The translations under genes were made by a program, and so were the position numbers. A stretch of DNA of 64,000 bases from Acidimicrobiia bacterium (GTDB lineage Bacteria; Actinomycetota; Acidimicrobiia; Spongiisociales; ZC4RG35): positions 64,879-128,878 of the forward strand of contig DATKCZ010000005.1 in the NCBI GenBank assembly GCA_035512955.1, given 5' to 3'. Below, piece by piece: positions 1-13,181 of this stretch (positions are counted from its first letter, which is position 1; each line of letters starts with the position of its first letter). A model generated the notes under the pieces. It had not been told where the DNA came from. It worked only from the letters and a program-made list of their open reading frames with translations, and searched no databases.

Positions 1-474
1 GCCTTCCTCGGGGTGACCGACACCCCCGGTTACAGCAACGCCCGGGCCATCGCCAACACGGTCATGGAGGCCTATGTCTCGGGTCGGATCGACGCGCTCG
101 ATGCCTTCTACACCCGTTTTGCCTCGGCGATGACGCAGGTACCGACGGAGATCGAGTTGCTCCCGATCACCCCGCCCGAGTCGGAGCAAAAAGAGGGGCC
201 TGCGGTCTCCTACGAGTTCGAACCGTCGCCCGATGAGATCCTCGACCGGCTGTTGCCCAGATATGTGGAGGCAGTCATCTTCAACCTGCTGTTGGAGGCA
301 TCGGCGTCGGAGCACAGCGCCCGTCGTCGGGCGATGAAGGCCGCCACCGACAACGCCGAAGAGCTGATAAGGAGTCTGACCGTCAGGGCGAACCGGGCCC
401 GACAGGCCGAGATAACGACCGCGATCACCGAGATCGTCGGGGGCGCCCAGGCGTTGGCGGACAGCAGGAAATGA
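1..474 (+). CDS. atpG: F0F1 ATP synthase gamma subunit, C-terminal part (gene runs off the 5' window edge)
   Basis: The frame is open from base 1. The C-terminal helix ARRRAMKAATDNAEELIRSLTVRANRARQAEITTAITEIVGG is typical of F1 gamma. It is followed by atpD and atpC. Confidence 0.9.
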   Translation, partial: AFLGVTDTPGYSNARAIANTVMEAYVSGRIDALDAFYTRFASAMTQVPTEIELLPITPPESEQKEGPAVSYEFEPSPDEILDRLLPRYVEAVIFNLLLEASASEHSARRRAMKAATDNAEELIRSLTVRANRARQAEITTAITEIVGGAQALADSRK

Positions 475-483
475 ACCGTCTAA

Positions 484-1996
<1,513 letters not shown>

Positions 1997-1997
<1 letters not shown>

Positions 1998-2359
1998 TGG
2001 CCAAGCTCTTCCAGGTAGACGTGGTGTCGCCCGAGGCGACGGTGTGGAGCGGTCAAGCCACGATCGTCATCGCCCGCACCCCTGAGGGCGAGTTGGGGAT
2101 CATGGCCGACCACGAGCCGCTGATGGGCGCTCTCGCCACCGGCCCGGTGGATATCGAGTCCGAGTCGGGAGAACGGACCACCATCGGGGTCTACGGCGGG
2201 TTCATCCAGGTGCTCAACAACCAGGTGACTCTGATCACCGACCGCGCCCAGGTGACCGAGGGCCATGCCGCGGCCAAGGAGGCGGCCGCCGCACTCGAGG
2301 CGGCCGAGACCGAGGAGACCGGGGAATCGGAGCAGAGCCTCGGTGGGGGGCCCGGCTAG
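1997..2359 (+). CDS. atpC: F0F1 ATP synthase epsilon subunit
   Basis: 120 aa. The start overlaps the atpD stop (TAATG). The beta-sandwich N-terminus LFQVDVVSPEATVWSG is typical of epsilon. Confidence 0.9.
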
Positions 2360-2793
2360 GTCTCAAACCGGGCAGCGAACGCATCCACCGCGTCCCCCAG
2401 CCCGCTCCCGATGCCGCCGGTTATCACCGGGAAGAACACCGATGAGAGGAACCCGGCGCTCCTGACTTCCAGAGTCACCTCGATCTCCGTCCCTGCAGCG
2501 ACCGCCTCGAGCTCCACCGTGGTCGTCCCCCGTATCTCGGAGCTGTCCACCTGCCAGGTGATGCGTCGACCCTCCTCCCGGAGCCCCGGTGTGGCCGTGC
2601 CCACGTAGCTCCGCCCACCGGCGACGGTCTCGAAGGAGAATCCCTGTAGCCGGCCCTGCTGGTCCACGACCGGGTTGAACACCCGGTTCACCCCTCCTAT
2701 CGACTCCCAGGTGCCCGGCTCGTCGAGCGAGGCCCATACCTCGTCGACGGAGGCTCTTGCAGTGGCGGTGTGGGCGAATGTCTGCGCTGGCAC
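2356..2793 (-). CDS. SRPBCC (polyketide cyclase/CoxG-like) family protein
   Basis: 145 aa. The N-terminus has the SRPBCC pattern ...ASVDEVWASLDEPGTWESI.... Last gene of a 3-gene minus-strand operon. Confidence 0.6.
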   Translation of the reverse strand: MPAQTFAHTATARASVDEVWASLDEPGTWESIGGVNRVFNPVVDQQGRLQGFSFETVAGGRSYVGTATPGLREEGRRITWQVDSSEIRGTTTVELEAVAAGTEIEVTLEVRSAGFLSSVFFPVITGGIGSGLGDAVDAFAARFET

Positions 2794-2829
2794 CGGGGCA
2801 ACCTAACCAACTGCCCCCAACCCTGTGCC

Positions 2830-3141
2830 TCAGCTCTCGAATGAGCCGCGGAGACGCTCCAATCGCAAGTCCCAGTCGCCGCCGACCGTCTCCAGCCAGT
2901 CCGCCACCTCACCCAGAGGGGCCACCCTCGCCGAATAGACCACTTGGCGCCCCTCATCGGCGCGCTGCACCAGGCCCACCGAGTCGAGGAGGGCCAGGTG
3001 CTTGGAGATGGCCTGACGGGAGACCGGGAGCTCGGTAGCCAGTTTCGAGGCGGATGCGGGCCCCTCGGAGTTGAGACGCTCGAACACCGCGCGCCGCGTC
3101 GGATCGGCCAGTGCCGCCAGGAGCTGCTGGGGGTCGGTCAT
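2830..3141 (-). CDS. ArsR/SmtB family transcriptional regulator
   Basis: 103 aa. Winged-HTH signature [48 protein letters not shown]. Confidence 0.85.
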   Translation of the reverse strand: MTDPQQLLAALADPTRRAVFERLNSEGPASASKLATELPVSRQAISKHLALLDSVGLVQRADEGRQVVYSARVAPLGEVADWLETVGGDWDLRLERLRGSFES

Positions 3142-3497
3142 GCCGCCAGGCTGAGAAAGATCGGGGGAGTGCCGGTGATCCGGTATTCGAGGAGTCTCTC
3201 GGTGATGGTCACTCTCGTGCCCTCCTCGGTCGGCCTCACGACGATGGTCACCTGGGAGGGCTCACCGTCGACCTCACGCCATGACCAGGTGATCGAGTCG
3301 CCGGGAACCACTTCCTCGACGGTCCCGATCACGTCCCGGTCGGGGACGCTCACTCCGCCACCACGGCGTGGCTCGACACGGACACCCATCCACTCCTGGG
3401 CGAGGTCACCGTCGACGATCCGCTCCCAGACCTCCTCGGGCGTGGCGGGGAGATCGGCGGTCCTCTCGATCTGGGGCAGCTCGTCCATGTCCTGCAA
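3138..3497 (-). CDS. SRPBCC / AHSA1-like domain protein
   Basis: 119 aa. [21 protein letters not shown] pattern. There is a 4-bp overlap with the downstream ArsR gene. Confidence 0.6.
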   Translation of the reverse strand: MQDMDELPQIERTADLPATPEEVWERIVDGDLAQEWMGVRVEPRRGGGVSVPDRDVIGTVEEVVPGDSITWSWREVDGEPSQVTIVVRPTEEGTRVTITERLLEYRITGTPPIFLSLAA

Positions 3498-3545
3498 CTT
3501 AGCAGTTGCGAGACCCTGCTATGCTGGTTGCAACCGCTCGGTTGC
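3494..3545. promoter_or_regulatory. Cluster of five GCAAC(T/C) / (A/G)GTTGC half-sites in the divergent ArsR-operon / clpP intergenic region
   Basis: GCAACT-tagc-AGTTGC at 3494..3509, the palindrome GGTTGCAACC at 3526..3535, and a further GGTTGC at 3540..3545. Probable operator. Which regulator binds it (ArsR or a clp regulator) is unknown. Confidence 0.45.
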
Positions 3546-3558
3546 GAAAGGTAGTCAC

Positions 3559-4164
3559 ATGCTGGTCCCCACGGTCATCGAACAGACCTCCCGAGGTGAG
3601 CGCGCCTTCGACATCTATTCGAGGCTGCTCGGGCATCGGGTCATCTTCCTGGGCCGGCCGATCGACGACGACCTGGCCAACCTGATCGTCGCCCAACTCC
3701 TCCATCTCGAGTCCGACGACCCGGACAAGCCGATCTCGCTCTACATCAACTCACCGGGTGGCTCCATGGACTCGATGTTCGCCATCTATGACTCGATGCA
3801 ACACATCAGACCACAGGTCCAAACCACCTGCATCGGGATGGCTGCATCGGCGGCCGCTCTGATCCTGGCCGGCGGCGAAGCCGGATCGCGATCGATACTG
3901 CCTCACGGGAGGGTGATGATCCATCAGCCTCACATCGGAGGGCTGGGGGGACAGGCCTCTGACATCGAGATCCATGCCCAGGAGATCCTCCGCCAACGGG
4001 AACAGGCCAATGACATCCTGGCCAGGCACACCGGTCACGACATCGAAAAGATCCGCCGGGACACCGACCGTGACCGCTGGCTCACCGCCGACCAGGCCGT
4101 CGACTACGGCTTGGTCGACACCATCCTCGCCCCGGCGTCGATCCCGGCAGGCCTCGAGGGATGA
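3559..4164 (+). CDS. clpP: ATP-dependent Clp protease proteolytic subunit
   Basis: Homology begins at [24 protein letters not shown]. Catalytic-region motifs [11 protein letters not shown] and MIHQP. The long N-terminal part of ORF 2944..4164 lies antisense to the ArsR operon and is rejected. Confidence 0.95.
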   Translation: MLVPTVIEQTSRGERAFDIYSRLLGHRVIFLGRPIDDDLANLIVAQLLHLESDDPDKPISLYINSPGGSMDSMFAIYDSMQHIRPQVQTTCIGMAASAAALILAGGEAGSRSILPHGRVMIHQPHIGGLGGQASDIEIHAQEILRQREQANDILARHTGHDIEKIRRDTDRDRWLTADQAVDYGLVDTILAPASIPAGLEG

Positions 4165-4169
4165 CCCCG

Positions 4170-5549
4170 TTAGACCTGCTCGGGGGCGAGGGCAAGAGCG
4201 ATCGGCATCAGATCCGTGTCAGATCCGGTCGCCTCGATATGTGCTCTCAGGGCAAGGCCGGTGGTTTGTGCCAGGGCTCCCGCTTCCTTCCGGTACCGGG
4301 TTGCGGCTTCCATGGGGGTAGGGCTCTCTGAGGCGAATCGCCTGATCACCGGCACCTCGAGACCGCCGGAGATCGTCAGTGCTTGTCGGTAGAGATCGAG
4401 TCTTGCGGTTCTCCCTCTGCAGGCGGCCAGGTGCTGACGTGCGTGGAAGACGTCCCCCTCCCTTGCGTACGCATATGCCAATTCGCACTGAGACTCGCCG
4501 ACGAACTCCTCCGCGACACTCCCCAGGGTGGGCGCCATGAGCTCGATCCCCTCTGCGTACCGGCCGAGGTGTATCAGGGCGGCTCCCCGTGTGTTGCGGA
4601 TCGCCGCCAGTTCGGGCAGCAATTCCATTGCCTCGGCGGACGCAGCATCGATCTCGTCGAGCAGCTCAGGGTCGTCCATCAGTAGATCGATGGCAGCGAG
4701 ATTGTTGAGCGTGATCGCCCGGTCGGCCGGCTCCAGGCCAGGGTTCTGGAGATGGGCGACGATGGCGTCACGTTGCATCCGGTTGGCCGGATTCGCGGCA
4801 GGGTCGTCGAGGGTTGGAGCCAACTGGCTGAGCGCCGCGCTGAGAGTGCTGATCGCCCCGAGTCGAGCATCGGGCATGGTCATCAGCTTGAACAGGTTCC
4901 GGCCATCGTTGTCGAAGACCGGGATGACGTTGAGAGCGAGGTAGAACAACACAAATCCTGGCGCCCAGCCCAAGATGCTGTCCCAGATCACGTCTCCACC
5001 GTCGAGAGTCGCCAACCACGCCGCCACCGGAATGTGCGAGAGCGGCCCAGCCGCGGTCAGCGCGATCATCTTGGCACGGATGCCGCGACCGGTGGCGAGG
5101 ATCAAGGTGTGACCACTGACCGGATACAGGCGAAGTACGAGCCTGAAGCGGCCGAATCGTCTCCTTACGATCCTGGGACCCATGCCGAGGGACACCTCAC
5201 GTACCTCGAATCCGACGAGGAGTGCGGTGACGGCATGGGCCAGCTCGTGGACCGCGGTCATTCCTATCGCGAGCAAATCGATGAAGGCGAAGCCGAGGAG
5301 CAGGAAGGTGAACGGACCGGTCACTCCTGTCAAGAGCACGTATGCACCGCTGATGAGCAACAGAATGTGAAAGGCCGCGGTCCTGGCGCCTCGTCTGGTC
5401 ATTGCCGCGCTCTGACACTCGAGACACAAGCCTCTCTTGAGCTTCGAGGCCGCCCCGACCTGGACCCCACATCTAGCACATGTCTTGGCCATCATCGACA
5501 TCTCCGAGTCATCGGCATTCTCGCTCGTCTTGTCAACCTCGAGGGACAA
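4170..5549 (-). CDS. Membrane M50 (site-2 protease-like) metallopeptidase with N-terminal zinc-ribbon and C-terminal TPR-like region
   Basis: CxxC...CxxC at the N-terminus (CARCG...CLEC). HELAH (HExxH) lies in a TM helix and there is a second motif NVIPVFDNDG. The C-terminal ~200 aa are helical and repeat-like. Confidence 0.65.
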   Translation of the reverse strand: MSLEVDKTSENADDSEMSMMAKTCARCGVQVGAASKLKRGLCLECQSAAMTRRGARTAAFHILLLISGAYVLLTGVTGPFTFLLLGFAFIDLLAIGMTAVHELAHAVTALLVGFEVREVSLGMGPRIVRRRFGRFRLVLRLYPVSGHTLILATGRGIRAKMIALTAAGPLSHIPVAAWLATLDGGDVIWDSILGWAPGFVLFYLALNVIPVFDNDGRNLFKLMTMPDARLGAISTLSAALSQLAPTLDDPAANPANRMQRDAIVAHLQNPGLEPADRAITLNNLAAIDLLMDDPELLDEIDAASAEAMELLPELAAIRNTRGAALIHLGRYAEGIELMAPTLGSVAEEFVGESQCELAYAYAREGDVFHARQHLAACRGRTARLDLYRQALTISGGLEVPVIRRFASESPTPMEAATRYRKEAGALAQTTGLALRAHIEATGSDTDLMPIALALAPEQV

Positions 5550-5606
5550 TCACCTCGCCCAGCCGTGCGCACGCTCGTAGAATGAGAGCCGTCCCTCACC
5601 AGAACG

Positions 5607-7205
5607 ATGCTGATCGCGCGCGACCTCCGAATCGATGCCGGCATCCGGACCCTGATCCGTGATGTCTCCTTCAGCGTGCAGTCCGGAGACCGGATCGGTC
5701 TGGTCGGGCGCAACGGGGCGGGGAAGACGACGCTCATGCGCACCCTCATCGGCCAGCTTCAGCCGGTCGAGGGGACCGTCCTCCGCTCGGGCAGCATCGC
5801 CTACTTCTCCCAGGAGGCGGCTCTCCCCGAGTTGGAGCATCCCGACGCCACCGCACTGGAGCGCATCCTGATGGCCCGGGAGATCGGCGCCATGCAACGG
5901 CGGATCGAGCACTCCCGGGTACGGTTGGAGTCCCTGGTCGGTGTGGAGAGAGACCGGGGCATCGCCCGGTTCTCCAGGCTCCACGACGAGTTCGCGGCCA
6001 AGGGCGGGTTCCTCGCAGAAGCCGAGGCGAAGCGGATCGCGGCCAACGTGGGGATCGGCAACGACGAGCTGATCCAGCCGGTCAAGACCATGTCCGGGGG
6101 GCAGCGGCGCCGGGTCGAGTTGGCCCGGATGCTCTTCGCCGAGACCGACGTCATGTTGCTCGACGAGCCCACCAACCACCTCGACCTCGATGCCAAGGCG
6201 TGGCTGATCGAGTACCTGAGCACCTACAAGGGCGGCATGCTGGTGATCTCCCACGACCTCCCCCTCCTCGACGAGGCAATCACCTCGGTTCTTGCCCTCG
6301 AGCACGGCGAGATCGAGGCGTATCGGGGCAACTACTCCAACTACCTGGTCGAGCGAGAAGCGCGTCAGGAGCGAAAGGAGAGAGCGCGCAAGCATCAGGA
6401 CGATGCGATTGCCCGGCTCGAGGGGAACATCCGACGCTTCAAGGGGACAACCGAGAAGATGTCGAAGGTGGCCCGCGCCATGGAGACCAGGGTCGATCGA
6501 ATGAAACGCGACCTCGTCGAGGTGCAGAAGGGCGGCAAGAAGGTGAGGTTGGCATTCCCGCAGCCGGAACGGTCGGGAAGGGTGCCGCTGGCCGCATCCG
6601 GGCTGGCCAAGTCATTCGGTGACAACGTCGTCTTCGTCGACATCGAATTCGCCGTCGAGCGAGGGGAGCGGATGCTCCTCATCGGGCTCAACGGGGCGGG
6701 CAAGACCACCCTGTTCCGCATCCTCGCCGGTGTGGAGACCGCCGACATGGGCCAGGTGTCGCTGGGTCATGAGACCACCGTGGGCTACTACGCCCAAGAG
6801 CACGAGCAGATCTTCGACGGGGTGACCGTCTTCGACCACATGCGCAAGGCGGCCCGTCTCCCCGACGCCACGCTGCGCTTCCTCCTCGGCCACTTCCTGC
6901 TGGCCGACAAGGTCGATCAGGATGCAGCCACCCTCTCCGGTGGGGAGAAGACCAAGCTCGCCCTGGCCATGCTGGTGGCTTCCCGCCCCAACGTCTTGCT
7001 GCTCGACGAGCCCACCAACAACCTCGACCCCCAGGCCAAAGAGGCGTTGCTCGACGCCCTCACCATCTACGAGGGGACCATCGTGATGGTGAGCCACGAC
7101 ACCGACTTCGTCGCCCAACTGATTCCGGACCGGGCGGTGCTAATGCCCGACGGCGAGATGAGGTTCTTCGACGAGGAGCTTCTCGACCTGGTCGCCCTGG
7201 CCTGA
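5607..7205 (+). CDS. ABC-F family ATPase (two ABC domains, no TM domain)
   Basis: 532 aa. Two Walker A motifs (GRNGAGKTT, GLNGAGKTT), two LSGG signatures, and a charged inter-domain linker. Confidence 0.9.
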   Translation: MLIARDLRIDAGIRTLIRDVSFSVQSGDRIGLVGRNGAGKTTLMRTLIGQLQPVEGTVLRSGSIAYFSQEAALPELEHPDATALERILMAREIGAMQRRIEHSRVRLESLVGVERDRGIARFSRLHDEFAAKGGFLAEAEAKRIAANVGIGNDELIQPVKTMSGGQRRRVELARMLFAETDVMLLDEPTNHLDLDAKAWLIEYLSTYKGGMLVISHDLPLLDEAITSVLALEHGEIEAYRGNYSNYLVEREARQERKERARKHQDDAIARLEGNIRRFKGTTEKMSKVARAMETRVDRMKRDLVEVQKGGKKVRLAFPQPERSGRVPLAASGLAKSFGDNVVFVDIEFAVERGERMLLIGLNGAGKTTLFRILAGVETADMGQVSLGHETTVGYYAQEHEQIFDGVTVFDHMRKAARLPDATLRFLLGHFLLADKVDQDAATLSGGEKTKLALAMLVASRPNVLLLDEPTNNLDPQAKEALLDALTIYEGTIVMVSHDTDFVAQLIPDRAVLMPDGEMRFFDEELLDLVALA

Positions 7206-7254
7206 GACGGGGCCGGCGGCTCAGCCCCCGGGCGCCGGTACAATCAAGGGTCCC

Positions 7255-9075
7255 ATGCCGGGACCCCCTTCGATCCGCAACGTGGCTTTGATCGCGCACG
7301 TAGACCATGGCAAGACAACTCTCGTCGACGCCATGCTCAACGCCGCCGGTGTCTTCGAGGCGCACGAGACACGGGTGGATCGGGTGATGGACTCCAACGA
7401 CCAGGAGCGGGAGCGGGGAATCACCATCCTGGCCAAGGCTGCTGCCATCGAATGGAACGGCACCCGCATCAACCTGGTCGACACCCCGGGTCACTCGGAC
7501 TTCGGAGGTGAGGTGGAGCGCGCCCTGGCCATGGTCGATGGCGTGCTTCTCCTCGTCGACGCCGCCGAGGGCCCGATGCCCCAGACCAGGTACGTGCTCT
7601 CCAAGGCTCTCGCCCGGGGGCTGCCCGCGGTCGTCGTGATCAACAAGGTCGACCGGTCCGACGCCCGCCTCGCCGAGGTGGCCGACGAGATCTACCAGCT
7701 CTTCTTCGACCTCGGGGCCGAGGACCATCACATCGAGTTCCCCATCGTCTCCTCGATCGCCCGCTTCGGGCGGGCCATGCCCGGTGTTGGGATCCCCCCC
7801 GAGGGCAGCGACCTATCCGCGATCCTCGATGCAGTGGTCGAGACCATCCCGGCTCCGTCGGGTGACCCCGGCGCCCCGCTGCAGGCGATGGTCACCAATC
7901 TCGACGCCTCCGACTATATGGGCCGGCTCGCCATCGGGCGGGTGGCGCAAGGGACCCTGCGGGCCGGGGACCATGTGGGGTTGGTCCGGGCCGATGGCTC
8001 GGTCCTGAAGCGTCGCCTGACCTCCCTCCTCGGGTTCTCCGGTTTGGGGCGGGTGGAGGTCGCCGAGCGGCGAGCGGGTGACCTCTTCGTCGTTGCCGGC
8101 TTTCCCGAGGTGGAGATCGGGGACACACTCGCCGGGCCCGACGATACCCGGTCGCTTCCCCGTCTCGAGGTGGACGAGCCTGTGCTGCGGATGACATTCG
8201 GGGTCAACACCTCTCCCATGGCCGGCAAGTCGGGGAGTCTGCTCACCTCGCGTCAGATCAGGGCGAGGTTGGAGCGCGAGGTCCTGGGCAACGTCTCGAT
8301 ACGGATTGCCGACACATCGAGCCCGGACATGATCGAGGTGGCCGGTCGGGGCGAGCTGCAGCTGGCGGTGCTCATCGAGTCGATGCGACGAGAGGGCTTC
8401 GAGCTCCAGGTGAGCCGTCCCGAGGTGATCGTGCGCCAGATCGGCGGGGTGAGGCACGAGCCGAGGGAACGCGCCATCGTCGACGTCCCCGACGGCTACG
8501 TGGGAACGATCACCCAGGCAGTGGCCGCCCGGCGCGGCCTGGTCGAGGACATGAGACCCGGGGAGCGAGGGAGGACGATTGTGTCGTCGATCGGCCCGGC
8601 CCGAGGTCTCATCGGGTTCAGGTCTGAGCTGATGACCTCCACCCGGGGGACGGCTCTGGTCAACCAGCAGCACGAAGGGTGGATGCCGTGGACGGGGGCC
8701 ATCGCCGGCCGCAGCGGTGGGGCGATGGTCTCGGACCGGGCGGGGTCGGCTACCGGGTTTGCCCTCGACAACCTGCAGAGCCGTGGCGAATTGTTCATCG
8801 AGCCCGGCGACACCATCTACGAGGGGATGATCTTCGGCGAGAGCTCCCGTCCCCAGGAGATGACAGCCAACCCCGCCAAGGCCAAACAGCTCACCAACAT
8901 CAGGGCGGCCGGTTCCGACGACGCCATCAGCCTCAAGCCGGTCCGTCGCCTCACGCTGGAGACTGCGATCGAGTGGATCGAGGACGACGAGCTGGTCGAG
9001 GTTACCCCTGACGCCATCCGGGCCCGCAAGCGACACCTGAGCGAGTCGCAGCGAAGACGGGCGGACAAGCACTAG
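7255..9075 (+). CDS. typA: Translational GTPase TypA/BipA
   Basis: 606 aa. G motifs [14 protein letters not shown] and NKVD. Full-length BipA-like architecture. Confidence 0.95.
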   Translation: MPGPPSIRNVALIAHVDHGKTTLVDAMLNAAGVFEAHETRVDRVMDSNDQERERGITILAKAAAIEWNGTRINLVDTPGHSDFGGEVERALAMVDGVLLLVDAAEGPMPQTRYVLSKALARGLPAVVVINKVDRSDARLAEVADEIYQLFFDLGAEDHHIEFPIVSSIARFGRAMPGVGIPPEGSDLSAILDAVVETIPAPSGDPGAPLQAMVTNLDASDYMGRLAIGRVAQGTLRAGDHVGLVRADGSVLKRRLTSLLGFSGLGRVEVAERRAGDLFVVAGFPEVEIGDTLAGPDDTRSLPRLEVDEPVLRMTFGVNTSPMAGKSGSLLTSRQIRARLEREVLGNVSIRIADTSSPDMIEVAGRGELQLAVLIESMRREGFELQVSRPEVIVRQIGGVRHEPRERAIVDVPDGYVGTITQAVAARRGLVEDMRPGERGRTIVSSIGPARGLIGFRSELMTSTRGTALVNQQHEGWMPWTGAIAGRSGGAMVSDRAGSATGFALDNLQSRGELFIEPGDTIYEGMIFGESSRPQEMTANPAKAKQLTNIRAAGSDDAISLKPVRRLTLETAIEWIEDDELVEVTPDAIRARKRHLSESQRRRADKH

Positions 9076-10100
9076 CCGTCGACGCGGACCTCGAAGCCCT
9101 CATCGACGAGGGCCATCGTCAGCGCCTCGCGGCCCTCGCCCTTGACAGAGATGGTGAGGATGCCGCCCCCGCCGTGCTCGCCATGTCTCAGCTGGAAGTC
9201 CCTGACGTCGACCCGGCTGTTCTCCAGGGCATGACCCACCCGGGCGATCTCCCCGGGACGATCGAGGAGCACCACCCGCACCTGGGTGTGATGCTCGCCG
9301 AGCCCGGCCCTCGCCAACCTTGCCGCCTCCAACCGCTCGGCGACGCTGCCGCCGGGACCCCCGGACAGCGCCCGACGCCATTCCTCGAGGCTCGTTTGGA
9401 GAGCATCGATCGATGCGCCGACGTTGGAAGCGTTCGCCGTGAGCACCTCTGCCCACCAGCCACTGTCGGCGGCTGCGATGCGGGTGAGGTCCCTGAAACC
9501 GCCACCCGCCAGCTCCAACGCCGTCGGGTCGGACCGCGCCAGCCCCATCAAAGCGGCTGCGAGGAGATGGGGGAGATGGCTGACCCGGGCCACCGCGGCA
9601 TCGTGCTCGACGGCGGTCATCAACTTGGGGTTGGCCCCGAACGACGACACCAAGGCTCGGAGCGAGTCGAGATCGGCGGGGTCGGCCCCATCCGAGACGA
9701 GGATCCATGTGGCGCCATGAAAGAGGGTGGAGGAGGCGAGGCCGGGCCCGCTGCTCTCCCCGCCCGTCATGGGATGGCCACCGACGAAATGGGGGAGATG
9801 GGATGCGGCGGCGACGACCGGGGTCTTCACCCCTGCGATATCGGTCGCCAGACGGTCCGTGCTCATCTGCTCCAGAGTGGTGACCACACCGGACGGTGGC
9901 GCCGCCAGGACCACCAGGTCGGCGTCCCCGACCTCGGGCCCATCCCGCCTCGAGGAGATGGCCCCCCGCCCCATCGCCTCGTCCAGTGCCCACGGGCTGG
10001 GGTCCCAACCGGCCACCTCCCACCCCTGGGAGCGCAGCGCCAGGCCGACCGAGGCACCGAGGAGCCCGGTGCCGATCACGATCGCGGAGCCCGGTTGCAT
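9072..10100 (-). CDS. tyrA: Prephenate dehydrogenase with C-terminal ACT domain
   Basis: 342 aa. Rossmann motif IGTGLLGAS, the HPMTG motif, and an ACT-like C-terminus VRVVLLDRPGEIARVG. Confidence 0.85.
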   Translation of the reverse strand: MQPGSAIVIGTGLLGASVGLALRSQGWEVAGWDPSPWALDEAMGRGAISSRRDGPEVGDADLVVLAAPPSGVVTTLEQMSTDRLATDIAGVKTPVVAAASHLPHFVGGHPMTGGESSGPGLASSTLFHGATWILVSDGADPADLDSLRALVSSFGANPKLMTAVEHDAAVARVSHLPHLLAAALMGLARSDPTALELAGGGFRDLTRIAAADSGWWAEVLTANASNVGASIDALQTSLEEWRRALSGGPGGSVAERLEAARLARAGLGEHHTQVRVVLLDRPGEIARVGHALENSRVDVRDFQLRHGEHGGGGILTISVKGEGREALTMALVDEGFEVRVDG

Positions 10101-10121
10101 GAGCAGGCGACATTAGGGGTC

Positions 10122-10150
10122 TTGACGGATCGGGATGGTGCGACAACAAT
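10122..10150 (+). promoter_or_regulatory. Candidate sigma-70-type promoter (TTGACG-17-AACAAT) placing the TSS at or next to the ATG of the leader ORF
   Basis: TTGACG at 10122..10127, a 17-nt spacer, and AACAAT at 10145..10150. The ATG at 10158 lies 7 nt downstream and has no SD, which is consistent with a leaderless transcript. Confidence 0.35.
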
Positions 10151-10157
10151 CCCCCTG

Positions 10158-10235
10158 ATGAGCCGCGACACTGCCGCCACTCGGGACAACCTGTCCCTCG
10201 GCGCGTTCTACTTCCGCGGCTATTTCGGCGCTTAG
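10158..10235 (+). CDS. Candidate 25-aa Phe/Tyr-rich leader peptide upstream of the pheA-DAHPS fusion gene
   Basis: It translates to MSRDTAATRDNLSLGAFYFRGYFGA. Five aromatic codons (F Y F . . Y F) fall in the last 10 codons. The stop codon sits in the loop of hairpin CGGCGC-tta-GCGCCG (10226..10240). Confidence 0.4.
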   Translation: MSRDTAATRDNLSLGAFYFRGYFGA

Positions 10236-10298
10236 CGCCGTACCACCCCCACCCCCGCTTTTCCTGTCCTGTCCTAACCGCTTCGACGCGTCCCCCCA

Positions 10299-12365
<2,067 letters not shown>

Positions 12366-12379
12366 GAGCCCGGGACGCC

Positions 12380-12407
12380 GGCCCCGGGGCACCTCCATCC
12401 CGGGGCC
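12380..12407. terminator. GC-rich hairpin between convergent genes (putative bidirectional terminator)
   Basis: GGCCCCGGG (12380..12388), a 10-nt loop, and CCCGGGGCC (12399..12407). There is no U-tract. Confidence 0.45.
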
Positions 12408-12411
12408 CGCG

Positions 12412-12927
12412 TCAGACGAAGAGGCTGACGTCGGCGTCGGCTGCGTAGTCCAGGAACGCGGCGGCGCCGGCGATGTCGGCTCCCGGTATCAGGTCCTGTT
12501 GGGACACGCCCATCACCCCCATGGTCGTCGCGCAGGCGAAGAACCTCACATCTAGCTCCTGGCACATGTCGATGAACTCGGGGACGGTCGGCATGCGCGC
12601 ATCGCTCATCCATTTCCGCATCACCTTGGTCGCCGCCGCGGTTGCACCGGGGACTGCGCCGAGGATATTGGGCAGCTGGATCGGCCCCGCCGGGTTGGCC
12701 AGCGAGGAGACCTTCAGCCTGTCGAATCGCTCGGCATGAAGGATGTCCAGGCCATAGAACGTGAAGTAGATCCCCGCCTCCCAGCCCAGGCTGACCGCGG
12801 TCGAGGCCAGGATCAGTGGCGGGTAGGCCTGGTCGAGAGTCCCCTTGGAGGCGACCACCGCCAACCTCTTCCGGCGCTCAGCCGGTTCCTCGGCGTGGGT
12901 CTCGGCGTGGATCGGCACGGCGGTCAT
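12412..12927 (-). CDS. DsrE/DsrF-like sulfur-relay family protein
   Basis: 171 aa. DsrE-like pattern (VVASKGTLDQAYPPLILA...YFTFYGL...FFACATTM). There is a 4-bp overlap with tusA upstream. Confidence 0.6.
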   Translation of the reverse strand: MTAVPIHAETHAEEPAERRKRLAVVASKGTLDQAYPPLILASTAVSLGWEAGIYFTFYGLDILHAERFDRLKVSSLANPAGPIQLPNILGAVPGATAAATKVMRKWMSDARMPTVPEFIDMCQELDVRFFACATTMGVMGVSQQDLIPGADIAGAAAFLDYAADADVSLFV

Positions 12928-13181
12928 CTTCGGGTTCCCTTCTCTATGACGAACAGCTGGCGCCCTCCCTCATCGTCCGCGGAGACCAGGGTGTCGCCAC
13001 GCTGGCGCGTCATCGCCGGTATGTCCTGCAAGGCGCCCGGATCGGTGGTGATCAGACGCAGCCGGGCACCGCTCTCCAACTTGTCGAGGACCAGGGCAGC
13101 CTTGTACACCGGGAGCGGGCACAACAGGCCCTCGCAATCGAGCTCCACGCTCTCGATTTCAGTGGTGTTGTCGGTACTCAT
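12924..13181 (-). CDS. tusA: TusA/SirA-like sulfurtransferase
   Basis: 85 aa. Conserved CPLP active-site motif in LDCEGLLCPLPVYKA. Confidence 0.8.
   Translation of the reverse strand: MSTDNTTEIESVELDCEGLLCPLPVYKAALVLDKLESGARLRLITTDPGALQDIPAMTRQRGDTLVSADDEGGRQLFVIEKGTRR

Noticed and set aside
2356-2359. Convergent genes sharing a 4-nt CTAG stop-codon overlap (also at 9072..9075)
   Set aside because: This is a trivial consequence of TAG stops on both strands in a compact genome. There is no evidence of function.
3534-3549. ClgR-type operator (CGC-N5-GCG) upstream of clpP
   Set aside because: The sequence CGC-tcggtt-GCGAAA has a 6-nt spacing rather than 5, and I am unsure of the exact consensus. 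It is not claimed.
2944-3558. N-terminal 205 codons of the 406-aa ORF that ends as clpP
   Set aside because: ClpP homology begins at the ATG at 3559. The upstream part is antisense to the ArsR/SRPBCC operon.
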